Source of the DNA: Escherichia phage PC3
Sequence record: ON184125
Length of the DNA stretch: 64,000 nt
Strand: one strand, 5' to 3'
In this document: positions 49,282 to 59,169 of the stretch, piece after piece
How positions within the stretch are numbered: position 1 is the stretch's first letter
Layout of the letters: each line of letters opens with the position of its first letter
Translations under genes and position numbers: made by a program
Notes under the pieces: generated by a model
Seen by the model: the letters and a program-made list of their open reading frames with translations, nothing else
What the model was told of the DNA's origin: nothing
The model's database searches: none

Positions 49282-50699
49282 AGGGAGTTCAAATCTTCCG
49301 AGAAGACCCAGAAGTAGATTCCTGGTGTCACATCCATGACGTATGCACCCTCAAAGTCGGTCGGACCATCGTATACACGCTGGATCTTAGGCACTATCCC
49401 CTTCTCGTACAGGCGATAGTAGCACATGGCCAGCCACGGAGCCACAGTGCCCAGACCGTCTTCATAGTTGGACTTGGTGCGGTAGGCCAGGACGAACATC
49501 AGTTGGAGCAGGCGCAGCTTCTGTTCAAGTCGCCATACCAGCTTAACGTCTTTGATACCATATCGGGTGTGTTTGCAGTAGTCGTTGAAGTACAGATCAA
49601 AGAGCGACTTGCTCTCACTGTAGTCCATCTTCTTCTCACCCAGCTCACAATACGCAATCCAGTCAAGAGAGTAGCGTTCACGGGTGGTGTACGTGTGTTT
49701 CTTGTAGATCTGCATATAATCGAGCATAGGGCAACCCACGAACTGATACGTCGTGATATCGCCCTTCTTATCGCGAATGATACGCTTCTTAATGATACCC
49801 CAAGGACTGAGGCGCGACGTTTCAGCCTCACCCAGAACCTGATTCATGCGCTCAACAAGATAAGGGCTATCAAACGTCTCAATGTTCCAGCCTGTCCAGC
49901 CGTCGAACTGACGCTGTGACCAGAAGTCAAGGAAAGATCGCAGCAGATCCTGCTCGGTGACAAACTCCTTGTACTCCACCTCAAGTCCACCGATCTCCGC
50001 GTCTTCTGGATCGTATCTGAACTTCGCACGATCCTTCGCGCACGGCATACCCCACACCATGAACTTATTGGTCGCCATGTCCTGAAGCTGGATCAGGGTA
50101 ATGGGGAACGCCGCATTCATGTCTTGGGTGATCTTACCGTTGCTGTCAATGATAGGGAACTGATCAGTGACGTTGTTGCTGATAAAGGAACTGGGAAAGT
50201 GCTCACGGATGAAGTCATGGTTGGCCAGTACCTGCTGATGGAAGCGGCGAATGCGCGCCTCATTCCCTTTGAACGTCTGCTGCTCAATGGTTGGGTGAGG
50301 GAATGGACCTTTGGTCATCTTTCCATCTTTCCACCCGGCGGAGAACACTTCGATATCGAGGTTAGCAATATGGATGTTGGAGTAATCCGGCTCAATCTTT
50401 CCAGGAAAGCTATGGGCGATGAACTGGTATGCATAATCGGTCTGCCCGTAAATGGCTGCACCCTGGACTTCCTTGTACTCTTCAAGGTAGTTGTCAGCAG
50501 TGCGCATGTCAGGGAACTTCTTGGAGACCAGGGGTTCGTTGAGCAGGCCGACCTTTTCAACATTTGAATAATCAGCCGTGGGTAAATAGAGAGTGGGTTC
50601 GAATTTCTTTTTCAACAGACGGCGATTACCCATGTCATCTGCAATTCGAATCAACAGGTCATTGCCCCTGCGGGCAACGTTCGTATAGAAAACGGTCAT
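49282..50699 (-). CDS. DNA polymerase (family B) exon 1: N-terminal and 3'-5' exonuclease domains through first half of motif A
   Basis: N-terminus resembles T4 gp43; Exo I HIANLDIEV; ends ...GAYVMDVTPGIYFWVFSEDLNSL then stop in the unspliced frame. Confidence 0.85.
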
Positions 50700-50778
50700 G
50701 TAATTCTCCAGGTTATCCGTGCCGTTAGCACGTGGGTATATTTAACCATAGAGCCATTCATTGACCAAGGAGTTTATT

Positions 50779-51351
50779 ATGGCAATCCCCCTCGTTGGTA
50801 TGATCCCAGGGGCGCTCAAGCAACTCTGGAACCTCGGGACTGATTTGATCCAATATAAGCGGGAAGTTGTACAGGCCAAACACGACGTCAAGCTGGAGGC
50901 CATCAAGTCCTCCTCAGATTGGGAGCTGTCTAAGATTACCGAAGTCGGCGGGTCTTGGAAAGACGAATTCTGGACTATCGTGTTGGCCATACCCGCCATC
51001 CTCGTCATGACTGCTCCGGTTGTGGAACTGATTCTGTTCCCTGGTGAGTATCATAAAGGGGATTTCATCAAAGCAGTAATCGGTGGCCTTCAGGCACTAG
51101 ATACCGCACCTGAATGGTATACCTATTCGTTATTGACAGCAATTAGTGCATCATTCGGTATCAAAGGCTACAACCACTACAAAAGCAACAGGCGAAAAGC
51201 CCAAGCTATGGATGCTCTCAAGCAATTTGGGGTTCGGGTCGTACAGAAAGATCCCACTGTTGTTACTCAGTCGGGTTCTCCCGATCTTGAGTCTGCTCCC
51301 CCAGCTGGGTCTACTGCGACCTCTGGTGCGTGGCCTGATCTGAAGAAATAA
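50779..51351 (+). CDS. membrane protein (holin-like candidate)
   Basis: Start placed at ATG 50779 after AAGGAG RBS; hydrophobic helices near both ends. Confidence 0.4.
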   Translation: MAIPLVGMIPGALKQLWNLGTDLIQYKREVVQAKHDVKLEAIKSSSDWELSKITEVGGSWKDEFWTIVLAIPAILVMTAPVVELILFPGEYHKGDFIKAVIGGLQALDTAPEWYTYSLLTAISASFGIKGYNHYKSNRRKAQAMDALKQFGVRVVQKDPTVVTQSGSPDLESAPPAGSTATSGAWPDLKK

Positions 51352-51357
51352 GTTCAA

Positions 51358-51381
51358 GGGGAGGAAACTCCCCTTTCTTTT
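51358..51381 (+). terminator. rho-independent terminator (GGGGAG-GAAA-CTCCCC then TTTCTTTT)
   Basis: Perfect 6-bp GC stem, GAAA tetraloop and T-run immediately after the 51351 stop. Confidence 0.7.
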
Positions 51382-51393
51382 GGTGTTTAGGGA

Positions 51394-51606
51394 ATGAATG
51401 TGGTAAACAAGAGATTGCTCGTCACCCAAGGCGGGGCGACGATAGTGCGCGGAAGGATCTATGAACAAACACAGCTGGGTGATCACAAGACACGCCTGAC
51501 TATTAAGGCTCCCGATGGTGGTTGGCCAACAAAGGTGATTGTCCCAGACGGTCTCATAGAACGAGGGTCGGCGGTGTATAAAGGAGCGGAGTTCAAAATT
51601 TATTAA
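51394..51606 (+). CDS. hypothetical protein
   Basis: 70-aa ORF. Confidence 0.4.
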   Translation: MNVVNKRLLVTQGGATIVRGRIYEQTQLGDHKTRLTIKAPDGGWPTKVIVPDGLIERGSAVYKGAEFKIY

Positions 51607-51692
51607 AATATTTATTGAATAAAGTTTACTTCTTCAATAACTGGCGTATACTTCTAATTGTAGTACGAACAAACAACAATCTGAAGAGAAGG

Positions 51693-52010
51693 AAATACAT
51701 CATGGCAATCACAAAAGAACAATTTGAAGCACAACTGGCTAAATCTAACAAAGAAACCGTTGTTGCTACCTTTAAGTTCCACGCAGTGAGAAACGCAGAA
51801 GCGCTTATGATTGCCCAGTCTTGTACTCCAGACTCAACTTTCAACTCTGTCGTCTCTTCGGCTTTGTTTGACAACCCAGCGTGTGGGCTGGTTCCGGCTT
51901 CCTTCCTGAAAGCCCTACACAAAGCATTCAACGATTTTATGGTGGTTGACGCGGTTGAAGAAGTTTGCTCCCGCTTGACATTCAAAGATTCTAAATTCAT
52001 CTTTGTCTAA
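51693..52010 (+). CDS. hypothetical protein
   Basis: Start placed at MAITKEQ with GAAGGAAA RBS. Confidence 0.45.
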   Translation, partial: KYIMAITKEQFEAQLAKSNKETVVATFKFHAVRNAEALMIAQSCTPDSTFNSVVSSALFDNPACGLVPASFLKALHKAFNDFMVVDAVEEVCSRLTFKDSKFIFV

Positions 52011-52053
52011 TTACAAAGCCCCTCCGGGGGCTTACTTTGAACTGAAGGGCTAT

Positions 52054-52608
52054 ATCATGACAATACCAAAAACTGCTGTCCGTATCGCTGTTGAGCCTCT
52101 GTTATCACAGGCTGAAGAAGCTGCCGAGCAGTACGCGAACAAAATCATCAAGAACGTGATGGACGACCTGGCCGCCAACGGCTGGGATCTTCAGAAGTGC
52201 GCCCCTTGGCCGTCAACTGTCGGCGTCCGGATGGGTCACCACGATTACCACCGCATGAAGGCAAAACAGTCCTTGTATATGAGCCTGACTACCGACAATA
52301 ACCCGCCAAACCGCTCTTATCAGGTCGGTGCGCCGAACATCGTCAAGGCCGATCCAGAGCGCCAACGTCTGTTCATCAAGGAAGCCCGTCGCAACGCTGC
52401 CTATCAGTATGAGTCTTTCATCTGTAAACTGGAAGACAAGATTGGCGGTCATAGCGCGGCTGTCCTCGACGGTTCCCACATTTGGGGACATTCAATCCTG
52501 ATCGTGACTACTCCGGAAGGGGTTCAGCGCTGGAAGACTCAGACGATCATCAATGTGTCTAAGCTGGGCAAACTCTTTAACCAATATCCAACTCGCAAGG
52601 TGAAATAA
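52054..52608 (+). CDS. hypothetical protein
   Basis: Start placed at MTIPKTAV; 184 aa. Confidence 0.45.
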   Translation: MMTIPKTAVRIAVEPLLSQAEEAAEQYANKIIKNVMDDLAANGWDLQKCAPWPSTVGVRMGHHDYHRMKAKQSLYMSLTTDNNPPNRSYQVGAPNIVKADPERQRLFIKEARRNAAYQYESFICKLEDKIGGHSAAVLDGSHIWGHSILIVTTPEGVQRWKTQTIINVSKLGKLFNQYPTRKVK

Positions 52609-52967
52609 TGGAAAACAAAATCAAATTGACCTGGCGCGTCGCCCCTGAACCAACGGGGCGCTATCGCTCCTTTGAGCGCCGCGCATGGCCGTCAGCCGAG
52701 TACAAGAACGGCGCTTGTGCGGCCTATATGTCTCACGAAGAAAGCTATGAACCATCTGTTCACCGAAACGCGACTGATCTCGTCATTAAACTTCACATCG
52801 CCAAATGGGATCAGAAAGAAGACGGGCGCTGGGGATTCAAATGGCGTGTGTTGAACAAGCGCGCTTCTTCCATTGCAGAAGCCAAACAAATCGTGGAAGA
52901 GTTCCTGAATGGTCAGGCGAAGAACTCTGTGGTGCACCCGGACTACCGTGGAGGGGAAGTGAAATGA
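52608..52967 (+). CDS. hypothetical protein
   Basis: 119-aa ORF coupled to the upstream stop. Confidence 0.45.
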   Translation: MENKIKLTWRVAPEPTGRYRSFERRAWPSAEYKNGACAAYMSHEESYEPSVHRNATDLVIKLHIAKWDQKEDGRWGFKWRVLNKRASSIAEAKQIVEEFLNGQAKNSVVHPDYRGGEVK

Positions 52968-52992
52968 AGAAAGGGGCTTAATGCCCCTTTTG

Positions 52993-53451
52993 TTATTCTT
53001 CCCAGAAGTCGTCATCGTCACCGACGGCGGCCAGTTCCGTGTCCAGGTCTTCATCACTGAATGGTGGCAGCACGCCATTCTGGATCAGATAATCCATCTC
53101 ATCGTCTTCCAGCTGCAGGTCAGTGGCAATATACAGCGCTCCACTGCCCTCTTCGTCCGTCTCGATGCTATACGAAGTGTATGGCACCCCATTCACCGTG
53201 ATGATGATAGACGTTGGATCCTCGGGATCTACGTGAGCCTCGAACGGTACGCCGTCAATCGGTGCATCTTCCAGGAAGGTGGCAAGGGCTACGGCGGCGC
53301 GGACAACATCAGTGCCTTCAACGCCTGCATAGATCTCTTCCGCGCCCGTCTCTTCACGATCAAACAGCTCAATCGTGATACCGTCTTGAACACCAGTCCA
53401 TACAGGGATGTCATTGGTGTATTCTGATTCAAACAATTTGGAGGTTGGCAT
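52993..53451 (-). CDS. hypothetical acidic protein
   Basis: 152-aa ORF with strongly acidic C-terminus. Confidence 0.45.
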   Translation of the reverse strand: MPTSKLFESEYTNDIPVWTGVQDGITIELFDREETGAEEIYAGVEGTDVVRAAVALATFLEDAPIDGVPFEAHVDPEDPTSIIITVNGVPYTSYSIETDEEGSGALYIATDLQLEDDEMDYLIQNGVLPPFSDEDLDTELAAVGDDDDFWEE

Positions 53452-53595
53452 GTTGGGTTCCTCAGTGGGTTAGCCATATGGGGTATTTAGGCTTCCCGCT
53501 TGGCGAGGCCTGGTTTGTACAGGACGCCTCTCGGAAATATTGGAGGAAGGTTTTCATAGATACCCCACACGGATTGTATGGGGTATTCAGGAGGG

Positions 53596-54870
53596 TCAGG
53601 AAGGGGTGAAGTCGTTTACAGGAACTGTTTCAGGGATAGCCAGCTCAGGGCATGCTGCCTTCATCGGCTCTATGTATGGCTTGCTACCCACAATCCAGAA
53701 CAGAGTGTTCTCATTGAGCACCTCTGGCTTGTTCTGCTGGATCCAGGTCATGACCTTGCCTTCATAGCGAGGATGCAATTCGATATCACCCCACTGATAT
53801 TCCATCAGGTCATTGTAACGAACCCAATTAGTGGTGTGAAGATCCCAATGGTGTACCTCAAAGCGAGGAAGCACGACCTCTGGCTCTTCCTTCTGCCTGA
53901 TACCACTTAGGAGGCCAGCCAGAGAAACGCTCTTAGAGGCATGCTGAAGCTCCTTCTTGCCGTGTACATAGTCTGGGTTGTCGTGATAGCGACGGGTGAA
54001 GTCGACAATGTGCGGCAGATTGGCATGTTTGCCGATGATACGCAGACGGCTCTCAATGAAGTCCAGGCGGTTCGGACCGATGCCAATCAGATACACACGC
54101 TTCAGATTAGGCTTCGGATGCATTGCCAGCCCGGTCAGAATGCTTGTGCAAGAGTTGCACGATCCGGCTGGGATAATCAGATCGGTAATATGGTCAGGGA
54201 TGTTGGCAACCTGCTCGCCACCCAGCATATGGAAGCCAGCGATGCGCTCAGGAGAATGCGCTGTATGGTCGAGGGTGATACCATATTCCAGATAATACGC
54301 CTTTGGATTCTGTTGTTCGATCAACTTCTTACAGCGCGGCTGGATCGTGCTGTTGTAACCCGAGCCGACGAAGTTGAACTCACTACCAAACCAGGCTGAC
54401 ATTGCCACCATGTCGTGGTTCATACAGGTGGTGGGTTTGGTCGCTCCGAGTACAGTGGTTGTCTTGCCGCCGAAGTGCCGAGAGACTGCCGTCGCCATAG
54501 GGGACTGCGGACTACCAACGACAGTACCATGGATGATGTCAGGGGAGCCTCCAGTCTTCAGGTGCTCAACCATCAACCAGATGGCCTGGCGCAACTTACT
54601 GCCATTGATGCCCTGCTTGCCATTCATATAACAAGATAGCGGCGCGAAGTAATCTTCACGCTTGAACCAGACCTGCTGGTTAGTTTCGGGGTTGGCGACG
54701 AGTTCACACGGAGTGTGTTTGTAGAGGTAGTCTTCCCAGTGAATATGTTCACGATGAAGAGAGAGGACATCAAAAATCGTTTTGTATGGACCTTTCCCTA
54801 ACGTGTGGAACGGGATATACGTGCGGAACGGGATATATGGAGCGAGGGGTTGTGCAGCGAATTTGTTCAT
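53596..54870 (-). CDS. PLP-dependent fold-type-II enzyme (ACC deaminase / D-cysteine desulfhydrase-like family)
   Basis: KREDYF...NGSKLRQ (candidate PLP-lysine motif like KRED...GGNKxRKLE), SPQSPMATAVSRHFGGK, DLIIPAGSCNSCTSILTG, LFWIVGSKP align by eye with ACC deaminase motifs. Confidence 0.65.
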   Translation of the reverse strand: MNKFAAQPLAPYIPFRTYIPFHTLGKGPYKTIFDVLSLHREHIHWEDYLYKHTPCELVANPETNQQVWFKREDYFAPLSCYMNGKQGINGSKLRQAIWLMVEHLKTGGSPDIIHGTVVGSPQSPMATAVSRHFGGKTTTVLGATKPTTCMNHDMVAMSAWFGSEFNFVGSGYNSTIQPRCKKLIEQQNPKAYYLEYGITLDHTAHSPERIAGFHMLGGEQVANIPDHITDLIIPAGSCNSCTSILTGLAMHPKPNLKRVYLIGIGPNRLDFIESRLRIIGKHANLPHIVDFTRRYHDNPDYVHGKKELQHASKSVSLAGLLSGIRQKEEPEVVLPRFEVHHWDLHTTNWVRYNDLMEYQWGDIELHPRYEGKVMTWIQQNKPEVLNENTLFWIVGSKPYIEPMKAACPELAIPETVPVNDFTPS

Positions 54871-54939
54871 TCTATTTCTCCTGTAGACATTGGCTTATCA
54901 TAGCGTATCTACAGGAGTATAGAAAAGGAGAATCTCGGC

Positions 54940-55584
54940 TTATTTCTTGAATAAACGAAGGAACTTCATCATGTTTTCCATGAAAGTCGGCTTCTTGACC
55001 TTTTGTTTTACCGGAGCGCCCTGATCATTCAGAACACGATTGGCCGGAGGAGTTGGATTCAAAGATTTAATTGCCTGATTCAAATCGGAATTATCCACGA
55101 CACCCACTTCTTCACCGACCGTAACGCATGGTTTGATTAGAACGGATTTCTTAGACTGCTCATACTGATGAGCGATATCCAGATATTTCTTGCGCTCTGC
55201 GTAGAAATCAACAGACTTGACCTTGCGACGACGCCAATTGGCGCTTTCTTCGCCATAGAAATCATATCCGTTTCTGATCAGCCAGTGCACGGCTTGTTCA
55301 AACGAACCGAAGACCATAAGTGGAGCGCCCTGGCCTTTCTCAGATTGTTCCAGGCTACCATAACCCATCAGCACAACCTGGCCTTTGATACTCAAATCAA
55401 ACGTCATACCAAGGTTCGGGATGTTTTTATCGCGGCGGAAGAACCCGCCATCACGGTAGACGTAAACAGGCGACAGGAACTCATTCAGAGTGCGCTTGAC
55501 ACCCTTGTATTGGAAGAGTCTGACAATTGGAGGGGTGTCATGGGAAATCACTTCGTTCAATTCCCAGATAGAAACATTACGCAT
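54940..55584 (-). CDS. hypothetical protein
   Basis: 214-aa ORF. Confidence 0.5.
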   Translation of the reverse strand: MRNVSIWELNEVISHDTPPIVRLFQYKGVKRTLNEFLSPVYVYRDGGFFRRDKNIPNLGMTFDLSIKGQVVLMGYGSLEQSEKGQGAPLMVFGSFEQAVHWLIRNGYDFYGEESANWRRRKVKSVDFYAERKKYLDIAHQYEQSKKSVLIKPCVTVGEEVGVVDNSDLNQAIKSLNPTPPANRVLNDQGAPVKQKVKKPTFMENMMKFLRLFKK

Positions 55585-55606
55585 TAGTGTATCCTCAAAT
55601 CTATGA

Positions 55607-55636
55607 TAGGGGGTTAACGGTTAAATTTTAAACCCC
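55607..55636 (-). terminator. hairpin GGGGGTT...AACCCCC with AT-rich loop
   Basis: 7-bp G/C stem followed by TTTG on the plus strand; lies between the tRNA region and the 55584 gene start. Confidence 0.4.
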
Positions 55637-55954
55637 CTTTGTATCATTGAACAAACTATGATAAAGGAGGACATGCTTGGGCCGATAAGAAGATAATAAG
55701 ACAGGGATAAAAAGAAAGCCGGATAGGATATCCGGCTATACCACATCGATGGGATGGGTTGAAAGACTACACGCTTGCACTGGTACTACCCTATGGGAGA
55801 GCGCGTCAGGAGTCGAACCTGAAGTCGTCGACGTAGAGAAAGCTATTTGCATTTCACTATCCTCGCCTCGATTTTCTTAACTTCCTAAACACCCCGATTA
55901 CGAGAGAGTCGACATGCACATCTTCTAACTCTTCAGGAAGTCACGCCCGTAATT

Positions 55955-56043
55955 TGGCGGAAGGTGAAGGATTCGAACCTTCGGGGGCTAAAAGCCCCAC
56001 TCGATTAGCAGTCGAGTCCCTTAAACCTCTCGGGCAACCTTCC
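55955..56043 (-). tRNA. tRNA-Ser (anticodon GCU), type II with long variable arm, CCA encoded
   Basis: Manually folded cloverleaf: acceptor GGAAGGT/ACCTTCC, anticodon stem CTCGA/TCGAG with loop CTGCTAA, variable-arm stem GGGC/GCCC, T-arm GAAGG-TTCGAAT-CCTTC. Confidence 0.8.
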
Positions 56044-56296
56044 AATTTGGACGGGCTTCACACCCGATTGAGCATTTGATCTGCCGTAGCCCAACTCCCC
56101 GCGCTTCTCAGCGCCGATTGGTTAACTGGCGACCAGTGCCTTCTGGTTCGATCTCCTGGAACTTTACAGGCTTTGCGCCCGACCATTTCTGGAAGTTGGG
56201 GCATCGTTTCCGATGCGGAGTCATCCCCATTTTATACACAGCTGGCTGCAACGCTTACTGTGTTTGTCGGAGTGTTATGTTTCACACCCCTTAACA

Positions 56297-56373
56297 TGGT
56301 GATCCTGATTGGGTTTGAACCAATGACCAATGAATTATGAGTTCACTGCTCTAACCGACTGAGCTACAGGACC
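56297..56373 (-). tRNA. tRNA with CAU anticodon (Met or lysidine-modified Ile), CCA encoded
   Basis: Acceptor GGTCCTG/CAGGATC (one G-U), D-arm GCTC-AGTCGGTTA-GAGC, anticodon loop CTCATAA, T-arm ATTGG-TTCAAAC-CCAAT. Confidence 0.75.
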
Positions 56374-58395
56374 AAATTATTGTGTACCAACCAAGGACTG
56401 TCAACCCTTTATCCCGTTTGTGTATGATCAGTTCATGCATGCCTGTTTGTGCGCCTCACGGCATGCGCTTCTGTGGGTCTTTGGCTTGCACCATAGCCTC
56501 GCCACAGGCGTTTATTTTTCCAGGGCTTTCCACTTACAAGTCTTAACCAGACCGGGATACGGGCTTGTAAGATCGGGTTGGACACAACTTTGATAGCTCT
56601 GGTACTAAAGATCCCGCGTCACCCATAGACATGGTTTATAAAATCCAGAGCCATCAAAGTTGCAACCAAATGTTACAACTCGCAGCTTCCATGTAGAAGC
56701 AACTTGTCCTCTAACGCTCGGACCAAACTAGGCTGGCTGGTTGATTCAGAGCCGCTGGTTGCTCCAGCAAGCATGGGTTGATAGCCCGGCAACATAGAAT
56801 CACCCAAAGATGAAGAACATTCATGACTCACATCACACCACGAATGGCCTGAAAGAGAATCGAACTCTTTAAATGCTCTTCATTTTGTGAACTTGAGAAT
56901 ACTACGCCTGTCTCGGGTTTCCCCTTAGTTCGGCCTCCCAGTCCTCGCCGCGCCGGGTAGCTAACCCTGATGGCTCGTCTGCTACTGAGTTCTTCTTGGT
57001 GCCCACCAGTGTCCGGAATGTGTAGGCATCGCAATCTGCAAGGCATGGTCTATTTCACCCAATGCTCTCTCAAGTTCACAAATCGAAGTGCCCTGACTCA
57101 ACAGTATGGCCCAATATGCTGTTATCGTCCACCGGATTGGCCGTCCAATTTGTAGATCAACCTTTGGGTTTAAGATAAATTGTCAAGGCACTTCGATTTG
57201 TGTGCCCTTCACCTGCCAGGGGTCAGGGCTGATGGCAAGACTTCGCTCACATCTTTCAAGATACTCGTGAGAATATCCTCAAAGATGTGGGCCGTTTTAG
57301 GGAGTCGAACCCAAATGTTCAGCCAGCGCTGACCTTACATCCCATCTGACTCAGGCAACCCGCCTCTGCTTACTCAGGAGCTTATCCCCTTTGTGCAGTC
57401 AGATGTAACGGCATTTTATTTAACAATTCATTCAACTGATAACTTCAGGGGACCACTCTCATCTCCCCACATTTCGACCGCCCGGGACGGTTTAGTGGTA
57501 CGTCACTTGGTCTGTTACATGGTAGGAGCCGATTCTCCCTCGAATTACCTCTTGTTCGTATGCCTACAAACAATTTCACAGATTGCTGACAAGTTATCAT
57601 GTGAATGAATTGTCATTGTATGCCCTGACTTATTAATCACATCTCAGGGCCGCGATGCGCCAGATTCTGTTACAGGGAACTGGAATACCCCGCTGACTTA
57701 TAGGCTATTACGCCGCCATCAGAACTTCCGAATCATTAGCATTTATTTGCTTGGTCAGTTTCTAAAAACCCGCAAAGTCACGCACAACGAAAACGAAAAC
57801 CTGTTTGAGTCCTAAACGTACCTGTCTTAGTCTCACAACGCTATGAGTGGCCAGGACTCAAACAGCTTGCCGTTCAGTGGGTTAACTATACTTTGTAACC
57901 CGTTATTGATAAACCTTTTATTTTTGTTGGTGAGGGTGTCACCATCGATTTACCGGAACTTACGCATCCGGCCTCGCCTGTTGGTGATCCTTCGAATCCG
58001 GGAAGATCAGTAGGAACTATGAATCAAGTTAATTCAACCAACAGGAACCTTGTTGCCCTTTGACGCAACATTATGAACCCTCTATGGAAGACTCATAATG
58101 TTGTGGCGTGATGGAGATTAGCGCCCCCGACCTCCCCTTATATGTTGGTGTCGACTTGCCAACGGGGTGCTCTCTATTTCTGAGCTAATCACGCTACAAC
58201 AGGGAGTTTCGTTCTCCGACGGTCAAGTGCGTCCACTGACACCATGCAAGGTGGATATTGACTTATGGAGTCGGAGTCCTCGTCCTAGGACTGTGCTCGG
58301 CCTCAACCTTTACACCGCTGGTAGCCCGACCCTTTACACCATAAAATTTACTATACTACAGCCCAGCTAATTTGAAAAGTCCTCTCCTCTTTGAG

Positions 58396-58542
58396 CTACA
58401 CTGCCCACAGCAGTGCGGACGAACCTTCACTCAAAACCGGATGCGCCGAAGTGGGCGTCTGTTTACCGGACTGATCGGGTAGACCCAGGAGAGTAAAGGT
58501 AATCCCGATCAGGAGGATGAGGAGTAACATCATGTAAAACAT
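58396..58542 (-). CDS. small hydrophobic peptide (48 aa), below the ORF-track size cut-off
   Basis: Strong SD GGAGGG 6-8 nt upstream of ATG; MFYMMLLLILLIGITFTLLGL predicted TM helix. Confidence 0.35.
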   Translation of the reverse strand: MFYMMLLLILLIGITFTLLGLPDQSGKQTPTSAHPVLSEGSSALLWAV

Positions 58543-58599
58543 AGTGTTCCCTCCCTTCCATGCAACTAACTTTACTGCAATTATTTATTGAATAAAGCG

Positions 58600-59169
58600 T
58601 TATTTTAACACTTCTAACTTCACAATACGACGCAGAAGGTAAACATATTCGCCAGCAGCTTCATGCGTCATATAATGGGTAGAAGGTGTGGAATGAGTGT
58701 TCTGGGTTTCTTTTAATCCAACGCGTTCAGCCCAACCATTAATAGAGTTCCCATAGAAACCGATAATCGCGCCAAAATAAATGCGCCCGCTTTCTGGCTC
58801 TAAAACGTAGTTGACAGTGAAGCAAATGTCAGAACGAATAGACTCCAGTTTCATACCAACACGACCTTCAGAGAATTCGTTACGAACATATAAATGACGG
58901 AAGCGATCGCGCCGTGCTTGTGATGATTCTTCCAATTCTTGTCGAAGTGAAGAAGTTATGTCAATATTAAATGAAAATGTTGGATTTCGTAAATCAGAAC
59001 GGGCCAACTCTAACGCAGATTCAATAACGCGACGGAAATTGATACTTTTACCTGTCAGGCGTTTCACTTCATCGGTGATTGTTTCAAAAGGGATTTTCGT
59101 GGCGCGTTCCCCTTCGTATTTTGCTAACAAAGGAACAATGTGTTTCATGATTGCTGTGTTAATGTGCAT
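58600..59169 (-). CDS. hypothetical protein
   Basis: 189-aa ORF. Confidence 0.5.
   Translation of the reverse strand: MHINTAIMKHIVPLLAKYEGERATKIPFETITDEVKRLTGKSINFRRVIESALELARSDLRNPTFSFNIDITSSLRQELEESSQARRDRFRHLYVRNEFSEGRVGMKLESIRSDICFTVNYVLEPESGRIYFGAIIGFYGNSINGWAERVGLKETQNTHSTPSTHYMTHEAAGEYVYLLRRIVKLEVLK

Noticed and set aside
47235-50699. DNA polymerase expressed as two separate polypeptides (split-gene model)
   Set aside because: The break falls in the middle of catalytic motif A, and the intervening sequence shows group I intron hallmarks; a functional split at this position is implausible
55795-55870. Third tRNA gene beginning TGGGAGAGCGCG with a perfect T-arm (TCAGG-AGTCGAA-CCTGA)
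   Set aside because: No complementary 5' acceptor strand or credible anticodon arm within 100 nt; treated as a tRNA remnant unless a search tool finds an intron-containing model
56845-56930. tRNA-like segment with T-arm AAGAG-AATCGAA-CTCTT
   Set aside because: Acceptor stem cannot be paired with either CCA-encoded or CCA-less models
57285-57375. tRNA-like segment containing GAGTCGAACCC
   Set aside because: T-stem is only 3 bp with mismatches and no acceptor pairing
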